From Octopus vulgaris (lineage: Eukaryota), in the NCBI GenBank assembly GCA_951406725.2, contig OX597823.1, positions 37,200,001 through 37,264,000 of the forward strand: DNA of 64,000 nucleotides, given 5' to 3'. Shown here one piece after another: positions 51,604 to 64,000 of the stretch; the stretch's first letter is position 1, and every line of letters begins with the position of its first letter. The translations under genes and the position numbers were made by a program. Below the pieces are notes generated by a model. It did no database searches. It was not told the DNA's origin and saw only the letters and a program-made list of their open reading frames with translations.

Positions 51604-54600
51604 TCTTGCTTTAACTGGCCACAAGGGCCGAACACAAAAACATATAGGGACGATATAAAACAAGGGACAAGCGAGGTGTAAAACAGAAATCGTGTAGACA
51701 ATAAAAAGCAAAAATAGTTAACAAAAAATCTAACACCAAAATTCCTCAATCGGGGAGGGGTTCCACCCAGGACCAACCAGGGCATCCCACACATCCTGGT
51801 CACCCCGACTGCCAATGGCACGCCAAGTAGGCACTCCTCTTCCCTTCAACTGCCCCGGGTTACAGGCGAACATTCAGAATAACCCCTTTCAGACGAGCCA
51901 TTTTCGCAACATTCACCCACTTTTCAACAAAATTACTGGAGGAGCAGTACTTCTCTCTCTACTCTCACTTTCCTTTTCAAGTTCCACTTAAAAAAGCCGA
52001 TGAGGACTCGACCGAATATGAAAGTGTCTGTCTTCAGTTCTTTCAGCCACACTACCTCTTTCGCTATAGCCACCAGACAGAGAAAAACTGCCTTTCCCTC
52101 CCGGCTAAAAGAAAGCGGCGGGGCAATCCTCCAGATGGACTCAATTAAGAACCGGATCCGTTCTACACGAGACATCAGGTGTTAGACAAAGCTCCACAAG
52201 TCAGTAATGGACGAGTGCACGCAGAACAGTTTTATCACCCTGCGCACACCTCGGACAGGTCTGTCTAACAGCACTTCTGTGTCTGTACAGCTTTCTCGAA
52301 ACCGACAGAGCTCCCCAGAGATTTCTGGAAATTGTCCAAAGCCCGAGATTTCTGGAAATTGTCCAAAGCCCGAGCCCGAAAGTCCTCCCGAAAAGAGCAA
52401 TTAACTGATCCCTCCCGACGCCCAGACTTTCCCTGAAAATGTCGTCGTTCTTGTCTGCCACTAATCCCTAATAGAACTCTATAGCGGAACATCTACCGAC
52501 CGCGTTGCCCGACTGGTAGAAAGCTATGAGCGCTTGCCTATACTCCAGGTACCAAGTGCCCTTTCTTTGTCTACGTTTGACCCAGGTCTGTAGCTCCATC
52601 AATGAGACGAGCTGTGGAAAATCCCGTTTGATGAACGGTGACCACACCTGCCCACCGCTAAGAAAAAAGCTAGAGATGTCGCAGCCTCAACATAAGTCTG
52701 TGCATCGTTTGCCACGACATGCCCAGTCCTCCACTTAGCAAATGGACCGTCTGACGAAGAGAATACACCCGTTCCACAGAAATTGAACGAGTAAGCACAC
52801 CAGCTTGATCAGCCACAAAGTGGAGCAAAGGACGACAGCCAGGTGGTAGTAGATGACAGAAGCGATGTACGCACTTGCCACCTCTGCCCGACCCTTCAAG
52901 GACAGCTTCTTCTCTGCCCATTTCTGGATGAGATTGGTTACCCTGCTCGTCACCTACTCTCAGTACTTGTCCACCTGGGGGCCGGGGCCAAACCGGACCT
53001 CGAGCAATTTAACCGGTCCTTCTGTCCGACGCCCGACAACGTTGTTGGTTGGCATGGACTTGCCTCTCCAGGTGCCAAGCTGCAGGCCTAGCGACTTCTG
53101 GTTAATCTTTGCTCCTGTCACTGCTTCGTACTCCCTTAGGGCAGTACCGACCACCTCGATTTCCGAGATGTCTAACACTATTACAGTAACCTCGTCCGCA
53201 TAAGCCGACACGAACTGTCCTAGATGCCCCTCGAAACATCCAGCTTCCGCAGCAATGGCTCTAGAGCCAGTGCGTACAGAAGAGGTGAGAGTGGACATCT
53301 TTCTCAACAGCACCACCTCTCCAAGACTCACAGCACTGGGAATTCCCCCGTTCTGCTGCCAGTTTTGGTAGAGATCTGTCAAGAGATCACCGAACAAGCC
53401 TAGCATATGAAGATAAAGCTCGAAGGGCTGACCATCCCGACCCAGAGACTTCTCTCTTGCGCAGCTCGTCATCGCGTCCCGTATATCTTCGGCTGTTATT
53501 GACATTTCGCAGAACTCTGTATCCCTGGCTGAGAGGTTCGGCGTGCCACGGAGATAAAATCCATCTCCATCCCAGGACCACCGCACGCCCCATACAGTTC
53601 GGTGAAGTGTCGCTGAAATTCCGCACACATGTCGGAATAACTCGGTTATCATGCACTTCTCACAGCTTTTCAGGTGTTGGTGTAGGTTCATTTGTTTACT
53701 TTTTCTTTTGTTACGTTTTTGTTTTTGCTTTGTAAGGTTCGTCCTCATCTTCACTACAAGTTGAGGAGGGACTAGTGTCTGTAAGATCTGTCTTGGGGAG
53801 TGTGAGTGTGTTTGTGATAGTGTAAGAGTGTTTGTGTGAGTGTATGCTTGAGAGGAGGTGAGGGAGCTGGTTTGAGAGACACCCTGGGTGGTTTGTTCCA
53901 TTGTATGGGGCTCACGTGCCTCTGTCGTTGTTAGAGATGAGGCTACAGTTTTGTTAAAAATCTCTGTTGTTGCTGTTGTTGGGGATGTAATGTAGGCTGC
54001 ACGTGCAGCCATGCACCTCCCAACTTTTGTGGAGCAGAGGGCTCTCAAGTGACTTGTGGCCCTACAGATATCGCATCTGGGCTTCCAGCCGTTCACAACG
54101 AACTGCAGTTCCACCTCTTTGGAGCAGCTGGATCAGGTCCGGGGTGTTCTTGATATTTTCTGGTCTTACATGGATTAATATTTCCATATTTATCCCAAAC
54201 GCGTCTCCCTGCTGCTCCTTTTTACCTCCAAGAATTACTCTGGATCTTGCACACAAGCTACAATCCACCAGACGTTATCCTAACCTTAATCGTTCTCTTT
54301 GAGAGGTAGGTGGGATACAGGACCCACTCTTCAGTCCACCGGGGTGACATTGCGTGTCTTCGCGTGAGGTCCTTACTTTTAACGAGGACCTTGATGCTGG
54401 CGAACTGCGTCCCTCTCTGTATATGGGACCACATCTATTAAAATTACTTTTAGGGCTTTCTCAACGTGACTGATGGAGGTGATTTCTGCTTGATAGGCAT
54501 CTAAAAATAGACGGTCTTTTTTTCTGTTGTCGCTATTATTTCGGGAGGTATGAGCACTGCTGCTGTCACTGCTACTACTGCTGTCACTGCTACTACTGCT

Positions 54601-55033
54601 GTTGTCGATGCTACCACTGCTGCTGCTACTGCTACCGCCTTCATTGTTGCTGATGCGAGGTGAACTTTGTACATTTTCCCCCTGTTTTCTCCACTCCTTC
54701 TCCTGTATTATTGTTGTCAGTAAAAGAGGAAAGAGGATGGAAAGCTTCGGCAGTCAATAGACCTGCAGGAGGGGCAGTTTTCTTTCGTAACTCTTTCAAG
54801 ATAGGCGCCACCATCTTGTTGAATTTTATATGATTAAACGCCGAATGACTTATTTGTGTGGGGCGGGGGACGACTATAGCTCTGCGTGGGGCCAAATAAA
54901 CATAGAAACCTAGTGACAGGTTCCTGTTGTTTCTATTGATAACTTTGAACAAAATTATAACAGAAAAAAGCGGCACCAAACGGGTGTGCCTTACTTCGAG
55001 CGTTTGAAAACACGTCCGATGTACTCCGCAGCA
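51604..55033 (-). mobile_element. Internally deleted Tx1/L1-clade LINE with both ends, inserted in (AAT)n
   Basis: ORF1: EEWVLYPTYLSKRTIKVRI and knuckle CDICRATSHLRALC; ORF2 pieces KSLGRDGQPFELY, SAYADEVTV, TGAKIN, WAEKKLSLKGRAEVA, CPRCAQGDKTVLRAL; (AAT)n at 51521-51603 and from 55034. Confidence 0.9.
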
Positions 55034-55066
<33 letters not shown>

Positions 55067-55085
55067 TATAATAATAATAATAATA

Positions 55086-55132
<47 letters not shown>

Positions 55133-55142
55133 GTCTGGAACA

Positions 55143-55181
<39 letters not shown>

Positions 55182-55191
55182 GTCTGGAACA

Positions 55192-55232
<41 letters not shown>

Positions 55233-55269
55233 CATCATCATCATCATCATCGTCATCATTATTATTATA

Positions 55270-55308
<39 letters not shown>

Positions 55309-55929
55309 AATGGTGAAACCGTATGGCATATTGGCATATTACCATTCAATGTACGCCACGAGCCCAGAAAAAATATAAGAGACGTCATGACAAAATAGCA
55401 AGGATTGTCCACTGAACACTTTGCAACAAGTATAGACTTGACAGAGCAAAAAAGTGGTACGAACATAAACCCGAAGGCATCATCGAAAACGATAACGCAA
55501 AGATCCTATGGGATTTTTATGATTCAGTGTGACCGTGAGATAGAGAATAGGAAACAAGAGAAAGAAAGAAAACGATGCTGGCTCATAGATATAGCATTCC
55601 CAGCTGACAAGGTATACGATAAGTAAGAAAGAAAAGTCGATAGATATAACAGGTTAGCTTGGGAGGTTAAGCAGTTGAGGTCGCTGAAAAAGGTGGTAGT
55701 AGTACCAATAATTGTGGGAGCCCTGGGAACAGTGATTAAAAATCTTGAGAAGTACATGGAACAAACAGGGGCTGCAATAAGGGTGAGACACTTGCAGAAA
55801 ACAGCACTGCAGAAAACAGCTCGAATACTTCGGATGGTGCTCGAAAAATAAGGGGGTGTAACTTTAGTTCACTGGTAGTGAACAGCTGACACCGTGGTAC
55901 ATCTCCAGCGTTAGAAGCTGTGCAAAGAC

Positions 55930-55930
<1 letters not shown>
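55309..55930 (+). mobile_element. R4/Dong-like RLE LINE 3' fragment
   Basis: GETVWHI..RRHDKIARIVH..KILWDFM..CWLIDIAFP..RKVDRYNRLAWEV..VVPIIVGALG..LQKTA. Confidence 0.85.
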
Positions 55931-55998
<68 letters not shown>

Positions 55999-55999
<1 letters not shown>

Positions 56000-56541
56000 G
56001 TACCAGGCAGTGGCTCTCATGGCTTCTGTTCTTAACTGATTGGAAATGTTATCATGTACATTGTTTTGTCTTGGTATAAAAGATGGGCTACAGCAAATAT
56101 TCTGCTCAATACCACAGATTTGCTTGTCAGTTGTTTGACCTTAACCAGTTGAGCATGCCCCTTAGTGTCTGACGATATGTGCATCTCTGATCACAAGCAG
56201 AAGTAGTGGGGGAGCATCATAGCCGTGTGTTGAGAGGAATTCTTGGAGGTTTGGATAATTCACCTTTGGAAACATGGGTGGTTCGTTCAACATCCTTAAA
56301 CAATCCTTATTCAGGGACCTTTTGAGCGGTATGGGTTACTCGACCAGAAAAAATTCTAACTGGGCCCCACCTGCAAGGTCATGCGCTGTTTATCTTGATA
56401 TGAGATTACCATATCGCGCACATATGGTTGTGATGCATGTGCCTGGTGTACTCTTATTAGACGGGTAATCGTGATGGGTATACTGGGCTTCGTATATTTT
56501 ACTCCAGTGTCACTTTGATGGCATGAACTGCTCTCTCACTC
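55999..56541. mobile_element. ~545-bp noncoding interspersed element between (AAT)n tracts, copy 1
   Basis: Colinear with 56810-57358; fragment at 10255-10400. Confidence 0.8.
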
Positions 56542-56574
<33 letters not shown>

Positions 56575-56737
56575 AAGGGGCTGCAATAAGGGTGGAGCAC
56601 TTGCAGAAAACAGCACTGCTTGGAACCGCTCGAATACTCCGGAAGGTGTTCGAAAATAAGAAGTGTTACCTTAGTTCACTGGTAGCGAACAGCTAACACT
56701 GTAGTACATCTTCATCGTTAGAAGTTGTGCAAAGGCA
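56575..56737 (+). mobile_element. R4/Dong-like 3' terminal fragment
   Basis: GAAIRVEHLQKTALLGTARILRKVFEK* plus UTR, same as ~55768-55930. Confidence 0.8.
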
Positions 56738-56751
56738 ATAATAATAATAAT

Positions 56752-56806
<55 letters not shown>

Positions 56807-56809
56807 GTA

Positions 56810-57357
56810 AATGTCCTGATGAAGTACCAATCATTGGCTCCCATGACTTCTCATTTTAACTAATTGGAAGTGTTATCATGTACAAAATGGTATACAAGAT
56901 GGGCTACAGCAAATATTCTGCTCATTACCACAGATTTGCTTGTCAGTTGTTTGACCTTAACCAGTTGAGTATGTCCCTAAGTGACTGACGATATGTGCAT
57001 CTCTGATCCCGAGCAGAAGTAGTGGCGGAGCATCATAGCCATGTGGCGAAAGGAATTCTTTGGGGTTTGAATAATTCACCTCTGGAAACATGGGTGTTTC
57101 GTTCAGCATCCTTAAACAACCCTTATTCAGGAACCTTTTGAACGAGATGGGCTACTCGACCAGCAAAAAATTCTAACTGGGCCCCCACTTGCAAGATCAT
57201 GTGCTGTTTATCTTAATATGAGATCACCATGTCACGCACATATGGTTATGATGCATATGCCTGGTGTACCCTTATCAGGCTGGTAGTCATGATCGGTATA
57301 TTGGGCTTCGTATATTTTACCCCAGTGTCACTTTGATGGCATGAACTGCTCTTTCAC

Positions 57358-57358
<1 letters not shown>
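56810..57358. mobile_element. ~545-bp noncoding interspersed element between (AAT)n tracts, copy 2
   Basis: Colinear with 55999-56541. Confidence 0.8.
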
Positions 57359-57409
<51 letters not shown>

Positions 57410-57411
<2 letters not shown>

Positions 57412-57565
57412 GCTTCTGTCTCTATTTTCGGGTCACTCCTCCTCACCCATAACCACCGGTCTTCTGTATCTCTCTTGGCGTTCGTATCTCTTGCAAACTG
57501 ACCGTACGTTTTTGTTTTTTTTTTCTCCTTCCATGCCGCTCTAACTCCTGCAGTATTTGCTCTTC
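57410..57565 (-). mobile_element. R4/Dong-like LINE internal fragment
   Basis: AWKEKK..YGQFAR..WLWVRRSDPKIETEAF matches WxxKxxHGQF..WxWLxxGxLKxETE. Confidence 0.65.
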
Positions 57566-60210
57566 GGTTAGCATGTACAGAAAGGAAAAAAGGGGAACCT
57601 TTGACAGATCGAACGCATGATACTGAACGGTTCCGAGAGATTACCATCTACTCTGACCAAAAAAAAACTGTACATTGCAGCGATCCAGCTTTTAAAGATA
57701 GGCTCGAAACCATCCGGTCTCAGGGAGGTCGCCAAGTATTAATGATCGATCCGAATGAAAGCTTTCGGCCGATATAAATTGATCGTGGCCCCATCGTGAA
57801 AACGCAAAAAAAACCTACGCCTATTTATACTGGAGATGCTAACCCTGGTGTTGATGTTTTCTACACGCTATCAGTTGTTTCATTAGTCGTTCAGGACAAA
57901 TACATCTACTATGTCAGTATTTATATTTGTATTTATGATTGTACAATTGCTATAAGTATACCAGCTAGACTCAGTGAACCGTACAACAGAATCTGATTCC
58001 TCACCAAGCAGAGTCTATCACAAGCAAATAATAGGCAATGACTTAATTAACGTGCCAAACTACGCGTATGTGTGTGTTTGTATGTGCGTGGGTTTGTACG
58101 AAGGAGTGTCTGTGCGCCAGACTACGTATGTGTAGGCGTTTATATATCCATATCTACTAACGGTTATATCTTACACTTTTTCGCTGTATTGTGTATTTGT
58201 TTCCTTTTGTATATGATATTTGTTATGGATCTTCTATAAGTATGAAGTTGTATACCATAATTAGCCATTTATATATACGAAGATCAAGAAGAAATCTTGA
58301 AAAACGAGTTTGTATTAACGAAATACCTCTTGAAATCACATGAGGAGATACATCTACACCAACGGATACACCTAAACCAGATGTTCAGTATCCCACCGAC
58401 GAGGGATCGATGCTAGATGGGCCGAAACAATTGTAGTCAGCATCAAAGATTCTCGAATCTTCCATCTTCCGTCTCTCTCATTTATCAAATAAATGTATGT
58501 GTATGTGTGTGTATGTGCGTGTGGGTATATATGTGTATATATAGGCAAACATACATATATATCATATTATATTATACATAAATGGTAATTTCTGTCCATA
58601 GATCTGTCTGCTACCATCTTGCTGTCTACACAAGTGAAGCAATCTTGACGAAACTTTTGCATACATGTTAAACTAACATCTAGTTGAATTATAGGCTAAT
58701 TGGATTTCAATAAAAATCTATAACCTAAAGGTTGGGCTATTATTTGATAAAAGGAGAAGCGTGCAAGAGTGGTAGTGTGAGGGAAATGTGGTGGCATAGT
58801 GAGGGTGAGTGATATTAGGGAAGGGGAGAGCAGAGTTGTGTAAACGATAAATATGTAGTGGCAGTGGGATGATAACGTTAATACAGCAATAATTCAAGGG
58901 TACACCAATCTGTCTTTTTCTCTCTCTCCTTCTCTTACACACCTTCTCTTGGTCTGTCTCTCGCTCTCTCTTTCTCTCTCTCTCTTTCTTTCTCTCTGTC
59001 TCTCACTTTCTCTCTTTCTTTCTCTCTCTTTCTCTCCCTCTCTCTTTAACATACTCATACGCACACTCACAAATCTATAGACAGGTATTTGACAACGTTT
59101 AAACCGAAATCATCCGGAAATAACGTAAGTATTCCTTTTTTCCATTTATGAGCAGACGATAAATAAATCATAATCTGCTAAATACTTAGTCAGATCACTT
59201 TCCTTTTCACAAACATAACGTTTCAAGTCAACATTGAAGTAACTTATTAATTTCTTTTTTATTATTTCCAAAATTATAATCACTCATTCATCAATCACAA
59301 AGTTAGAAAGACAGATTTCTAAAGTGGAAATTGCTATCACTTAGTATCTTGGTGTTGTAACCAGACATTACAATTCTGCGAACAAAAGTTTTTAAAAACT
59401 GTAATTACTTATCTTCCTGCTTAATTTTAAAGTAATGTACAGTAACCATTTTAACGTTCCGGTTTTTTTCTAGAAGTAAATGCGTCAAACATTGGAGATT
59501 GTGATTCCACACAATCATTTGGGCTAGCGTTAGGGGTTGGGTTTAGGATTTAATATTAGGGTTAGTATTGTATTGTAATAGTTTAGTATTGTAATAGTTT
59601 AGATTTGAGGGATAAAATTAGGATTAGAATCTTGAGATAAGTTTTAAGGTAAGAGATGGGGGTTAGCATTTAACGTTAGGGTTTCGTGTTAGCACTTAGG
59701 ATTACAATTTTGAGTTAGGGTAAGGATTACGTTTCAGCAGAAATTGAAAAGGGATTCAAAAGATTTGAATTTGTGTACAAATTTTTACAGAATTGAACTT
59801 GCATATGTTTGGAATTTAGATATCAAACAAAAATATATATATACTTAACAGAAGAAAAATAAAAAGGTGTACAAAGTGTTCTTAGTCCGAAATTTCGTTG
59901 AGTGTTTTTCGAAAAGATTTACTATAAGTTGGATAAAGAGCTTCGTGATGTTACTGTTAATTCTCTGAGTCATTAATTCAGGCAACGCCGAGTAATTCAG
60001 CTAGTATTATATATTTGAGTTCATATGTGTATGTATGTGTTTGCGAAACACCAGCATTATTGTTATCCAAGAAAAAATTCCATCCTGCAGCTACGGATGT
60101 GTGAGTGTTTGTATACGCGCGCGCGCGTGTATAAATATATATCTCTATATATATATGTGTGTGTGTATGTGTGTTTGTGTGTGTGCGCCTGTGTGTGTAT
60201 AAATATATAT

Positions 60211-60283
<73 letters not shown>

Positions 60284-60456
60284 CGTGCGTGTGTGCATAC
60301 ATGCATTTAGGAATGCTTGTTTCATTTTAACACAATTGTAAATCTGATGGTGTTTTCTCTAACCAGAAGCTTCGCAATAGTGTATCACATTCAGCGGCAA
60401 TGTTTTTAACTGGCTTTCGCAACATTAAAACCATGAAAATCCTTCAAAATACAAAC

Positions 60457-60501
<45 letters not shown>

Positions 60502-61343
60502 TCCCTCATTCTTTTTCTCTCTCTCTCTTATCCCTCATTCTCCCTTTCTCCCTCATTCACACTCTCGCTCTCTTTCACACTCTTTTTCTCTCTCTCTCTC
60601 TCGCGCCGTCTCCCTCTCCCTCTCTGTCTCTCTCTTATACCAACTAAACCTTGCTGTAAAGACATTGATTCGCAACTCTGTTTGAAGGTCGCTTCAAGAA
60701 AATTTATTTCATCTGTTTTGCGAATTAACTTCTGTTGTCATTTGCTTTACTGTATGGCCGTCTTCCCAATTCTTCAACCATCAACAGCTGGTGGCCTCGT
60801 AACCTCGCAGTGACTCTCACAGTTGTTCTGCTGTTAAGGAGAATTTTATAGACCTTAAGAATTGAAAACAAAACAGCAATGGAAGAGGATGCAGAGAAAA
60901 TGGTTTCCCCATATTACAAGCTGACGAGGCTAGAATTTCTTAGGTTAAGACTCAAAGGAAATATACGAGAATAACATAACTTTCTGGATTCGTTGCTAGT
61001 TCTTTTTTTTAATTATATTCTGTTTTCTATTCAGGGGAATGCTCTCCTCGATCTCTTCTCTTTCCTTTTCTCATGTTTATATTTTTTTTATTTGCTTTCG
61101 CCTTTCGCAACTTCACACTCAAGCTCTCGTCTTGCTCTTTCTGTCAAACTCTGCTATCCAAACTATTTGCATATTACTGATCTGTTTATTTATGCATCGG
61201 TATGCACAATAGTAGCTCCAGTTTTCTGTAGCTTCTGTAATTGTTGATATATAAACAGACTGGTAGCTCGTTTCTCTGAGATTTTTCAAAGTGACGTAGA
61301 CGCTTCTGATGAGAATCCAATATGATTCGAAAATCGATAAAGG

Positions 61344-61570
61344 TTACTCTTTTACTCTTTTACTTGTTTCAGTCATTTGACTGCGGCCATGCTGGAGCAC
61401 CGCCTTTAGTCGAGCAAATCGACCCCGGGACTTATTCTTTGTAAGCCCAGTACTTATTCTATCGGTCTGTTTTGCCGAACCGCTAAGTGACGGGGACGTA
61501 AACACACCAGCATCGGTTGTCAAGCAATACTAGGGGGACACACACAGACACACAAACATATACACACACA

Positions 61571-61636
<66 letters not shown>

Positions 61637-61797
61637 TACGACAGGCTTCTTTCAGTTTCCGTCTACCAAATCCACTCACAAGGCATTGGTCGGCCTGGGG
61701 CTATAGCAGAAGACACTTGCCCAAGATGCCATGCAGTGTGACTGAACCCGGAACCATGTGGTTGGTAAGCAAGCTACTTACCACACAGCCACTCCTG
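61344..61797 (-). mobile_element. SINE family B, near-intact
   Basis: caggagtggctgtgtggtaag..gggttcagtc..; tail ggcggtgctccagcatggccgcagtcaaatgactgaaacaagtaaaagagtaaaagag. Confidence 0.92.
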
Positions 61798-61974
61798 TTC
61801 ATATTGTTTTCAGACTACAGATAAATATTAAAATTATCCGTTTATATATCTATTATATAGGTTACATATGCATAAATCTACATGTGTGTGTGTGCGCGCG
61901 CATATCTGACAAACAAGAAAGCGAGTAATAAACACCCCATTGGTGGATGAATAATTCTAATAAAATTAATAGCG

Positions 61975-62222
61975 TTCAAGTGGTACTTTTGAGTGGGCTG
62001 GTTATGCGACACTGGTGTAGATTACTGCTGTGAACTCACTTTATTTGCCGGGTCTTCTCAGTCACAGCATACCTCCAGAGGTCTCAGTTTTTTGTCATTG
62101 CCTCTGTGAGGCCCAACGTTCGAAGGTCATGCTTCACAACCTCATTCCATGTCTTCCTGGGTCTCCCTCTCTCCCAGATTCCTTCCACTGTTTGGGAGTG
62201 GCACTTCTTCACACAGCTTCAC
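61975..62222 (-). mobile_element. RTE-clade LINE 3' fragment
   Basis: SCVKKC..VEG..RGRPRKTWNEVVKHDLRTLGL..DLWR. Confidence 0.75.
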
Positions 62223-62239
62223 AGCTCTACACAACGAAA

Positions 62240-63915
62240 TGGCAATTATCGATAGCATCAAAACAGAAGAAATATGCGATGTCAGCCATAGATGAAATGA
62301 GCTCAAAGTCAGCAACAGGCTCTGATGGATTCCCAGCAATCCACCTAAAGAAATGCAAAGGGGCTCTAGCAAGACCACTTCAGATTCTCTTCCAGAGCTT
62401 CCTCACAACTGGGAGACTTCCCAAAAAGTTAAAGGAAAGCATAATAAGGGAGGTAGCAGCGCAGATGCTAGAAATTATAGACCTGTCTCTCTAGCTTTTC
62501 ATGTCAGCAAAGACATGGAGCGCATTGTCGGGAAGAAACTAATTGCGTTCCTTGAAGATAATGACTTGCTTCCTGACACCTAGCATGGTTTTCGCTCAGC
62601 AAGAAACTGCCTTACACAGCTTTTGCAACACTTTGACTGGGTGTTGAAATAATTAATGAATCACTCAAGCGTGGATGTGATAAATCTTGACTTTGCAAAG
62701 GCCCTTGATAAGGTTGATCATGGAATGGTATGTCACGAACTACGGAGACTCGGCATAACTGGGAAAGTTGGAGAGTGGTTGCATGACTTCTTAAAAGACA
62801 GAATCCAGGTTGTAACAGCCAACGGAGCCCTTTCCACGGAGACAGCAATAGAAAGTGGAATGCCCCAGGGAACTGTATTAGGACTGCTGATGTTACATAG
62901 ACAGTTAGACAGACAGTCACACTTACTAGCTATGCCAACGACACAAAAGTAGTACAATCAGTCAAGGAACCTTCTGATGCTAATCTTCTACAGAAAGACC
63001 TAGATGCCATACATAAATGGGCTGAGGACAACATGCAATTTAATACAGGCAAATTCCAAGCCCTCCGCTACCAGCTAACTTGTGCTCAGAAGTCACAACA
63101 ACGATACGCTGGACCAAAAGGAACGGCAATCCTAGAATTACATACGATGCGTGATCTTGGGAATGATATGAGCAACGATGCCTCGTTTCACATACATATC
63201 ACCAAGATGGTGGCAGTGTGCAGGCGAATGTCCAGATGGATTCTGAGAACCTTCAGAACAAGAGACCAGGAAACTATGCTGGTCCTATGAATGACGCTTT
63301 TCCTGAGCCGTCTGGACTAGTGCTCTCAACTCTGGCCAACTTACTGTATAGGATTAATAGCAGAACTTAAGGCGGTTCAGCGATGCTACACGAGGAAGAT
63401 TGCATCAATGGAACAGCTGAGCTACTGGGAGAGACTGAAAGAGCTACAACTCTACTCCCTGGAGCGAAGATGGGAGAGGTATGGAGTGATATATGTGTGG
63501 AAGATACTGGAGGGGCTGACACCTCATTTTAGAATTGAGAGTTATACCAGACCTTGAATTGGACGTCACTGCACTGTTCCAAAAGTTCCAGCTGTCTCAT
63601 CTAAGGCGAGAACCATGTACTGCAATAGCTTGGGATTCAAGGGCCCGCAGCTATTCAGCGTCTTGCCAAAGCATCTGAGGGATCTCCATGGAATGGGGGT
63701 AGATGTTTTCAAGAAGCAACTTAACCTCTTACTATCCACGATCCCAGATGAACCAATATTAAGACAGGAAGCTAATAAGAGGGTCGTGGTTTTGAACTCC
63801 CGCCTTCACCAAAAGCCAATCACATAGAATTGGTCAATTAAAAGGTGTTTACATTGGCAGTGCCTCATCATGCCACAGCCTCAGAGATAAAACATATAAA
63901 AGAATAAAAGAATAC
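62240..63915 (+). mobile_element. 5'-truncated, decayed CR1-clade LINE (RT domain to 3' end)
   Basis: SATGSDGFP, KGG..NYRPVSL, HGFRSARNCLTQL, VDVINLDFAKALDKVDH, SGMPQGTVLG, SYANDTK, LQKDL, MQFNTGK; tail repeat taaaagaa. Confidence 0.92.
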
Positions 63916-64000
63916 ATACATATATAAACACACACACAAACATATATATGCGTGTGTGTGTATATGTATATATATATACATACATATATTCACGTATATA

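Noticed and set aside
52960-54114. 384-aa ORF as a novel zinc knuckle-RT fusion gene
   Set aside because: Explained by internal deletions in a Tx1 element; RT domains are missing, the motif is YADE, and neighbouring frames have stops.

Overview
Repeat-saturated animal DNA with no recognisable host protein-coding exon. The microsatellite load and the SINE/LINE families resemble coleoid cephalopod (Octopus-like) DNA; this is an inference. Most ORFs in the supplied track are translations of (TA)n, (CA)n, (ATAC)n, (AAT)n or (CT)n. The real content is: RLE-type LINE fragments (R4/Dong-like) embedded in (AAT)n or (ATAC)n; two decayed Tx1/L1-clade LINEs; CR1 and RTE fragments; Penelope GIY-YIG remnants; mariner and maT remnants; MITEs; three tRNA-derived SINE families; and one tRNA-Gln. 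Four features stand out. (1) A ~525-bp noncoding unit with a type I hammerhead ribozyme occurs as circularly permuted, terminally redundant copies (17961-18857, 45064-45785), and a related copy forms a near-perfect 740-bp palindrome with an intact hammerhead on each strand (16645-17384). This is a retrozyme-like / mini-Penelope system. (2) A three-level nest at 2548-7500: a LINE contains a ~203-bp TG..CA solo-LTR-like element, which holds two ~1.7-kb ORF1-only (HAL1-like) Tx1 derivatives with their own TSDs. (3) One of those two elements shows what looks like fossilised A-to-G (ADAR-type) hyperediting. (4) Shared 3' tails link SINEs to their likely Tx1 and CR1 partners, and one tail sits directly behind the tRNA-Gln. 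All calls were made by eye; the boundaries of degenerate elements are approximate.
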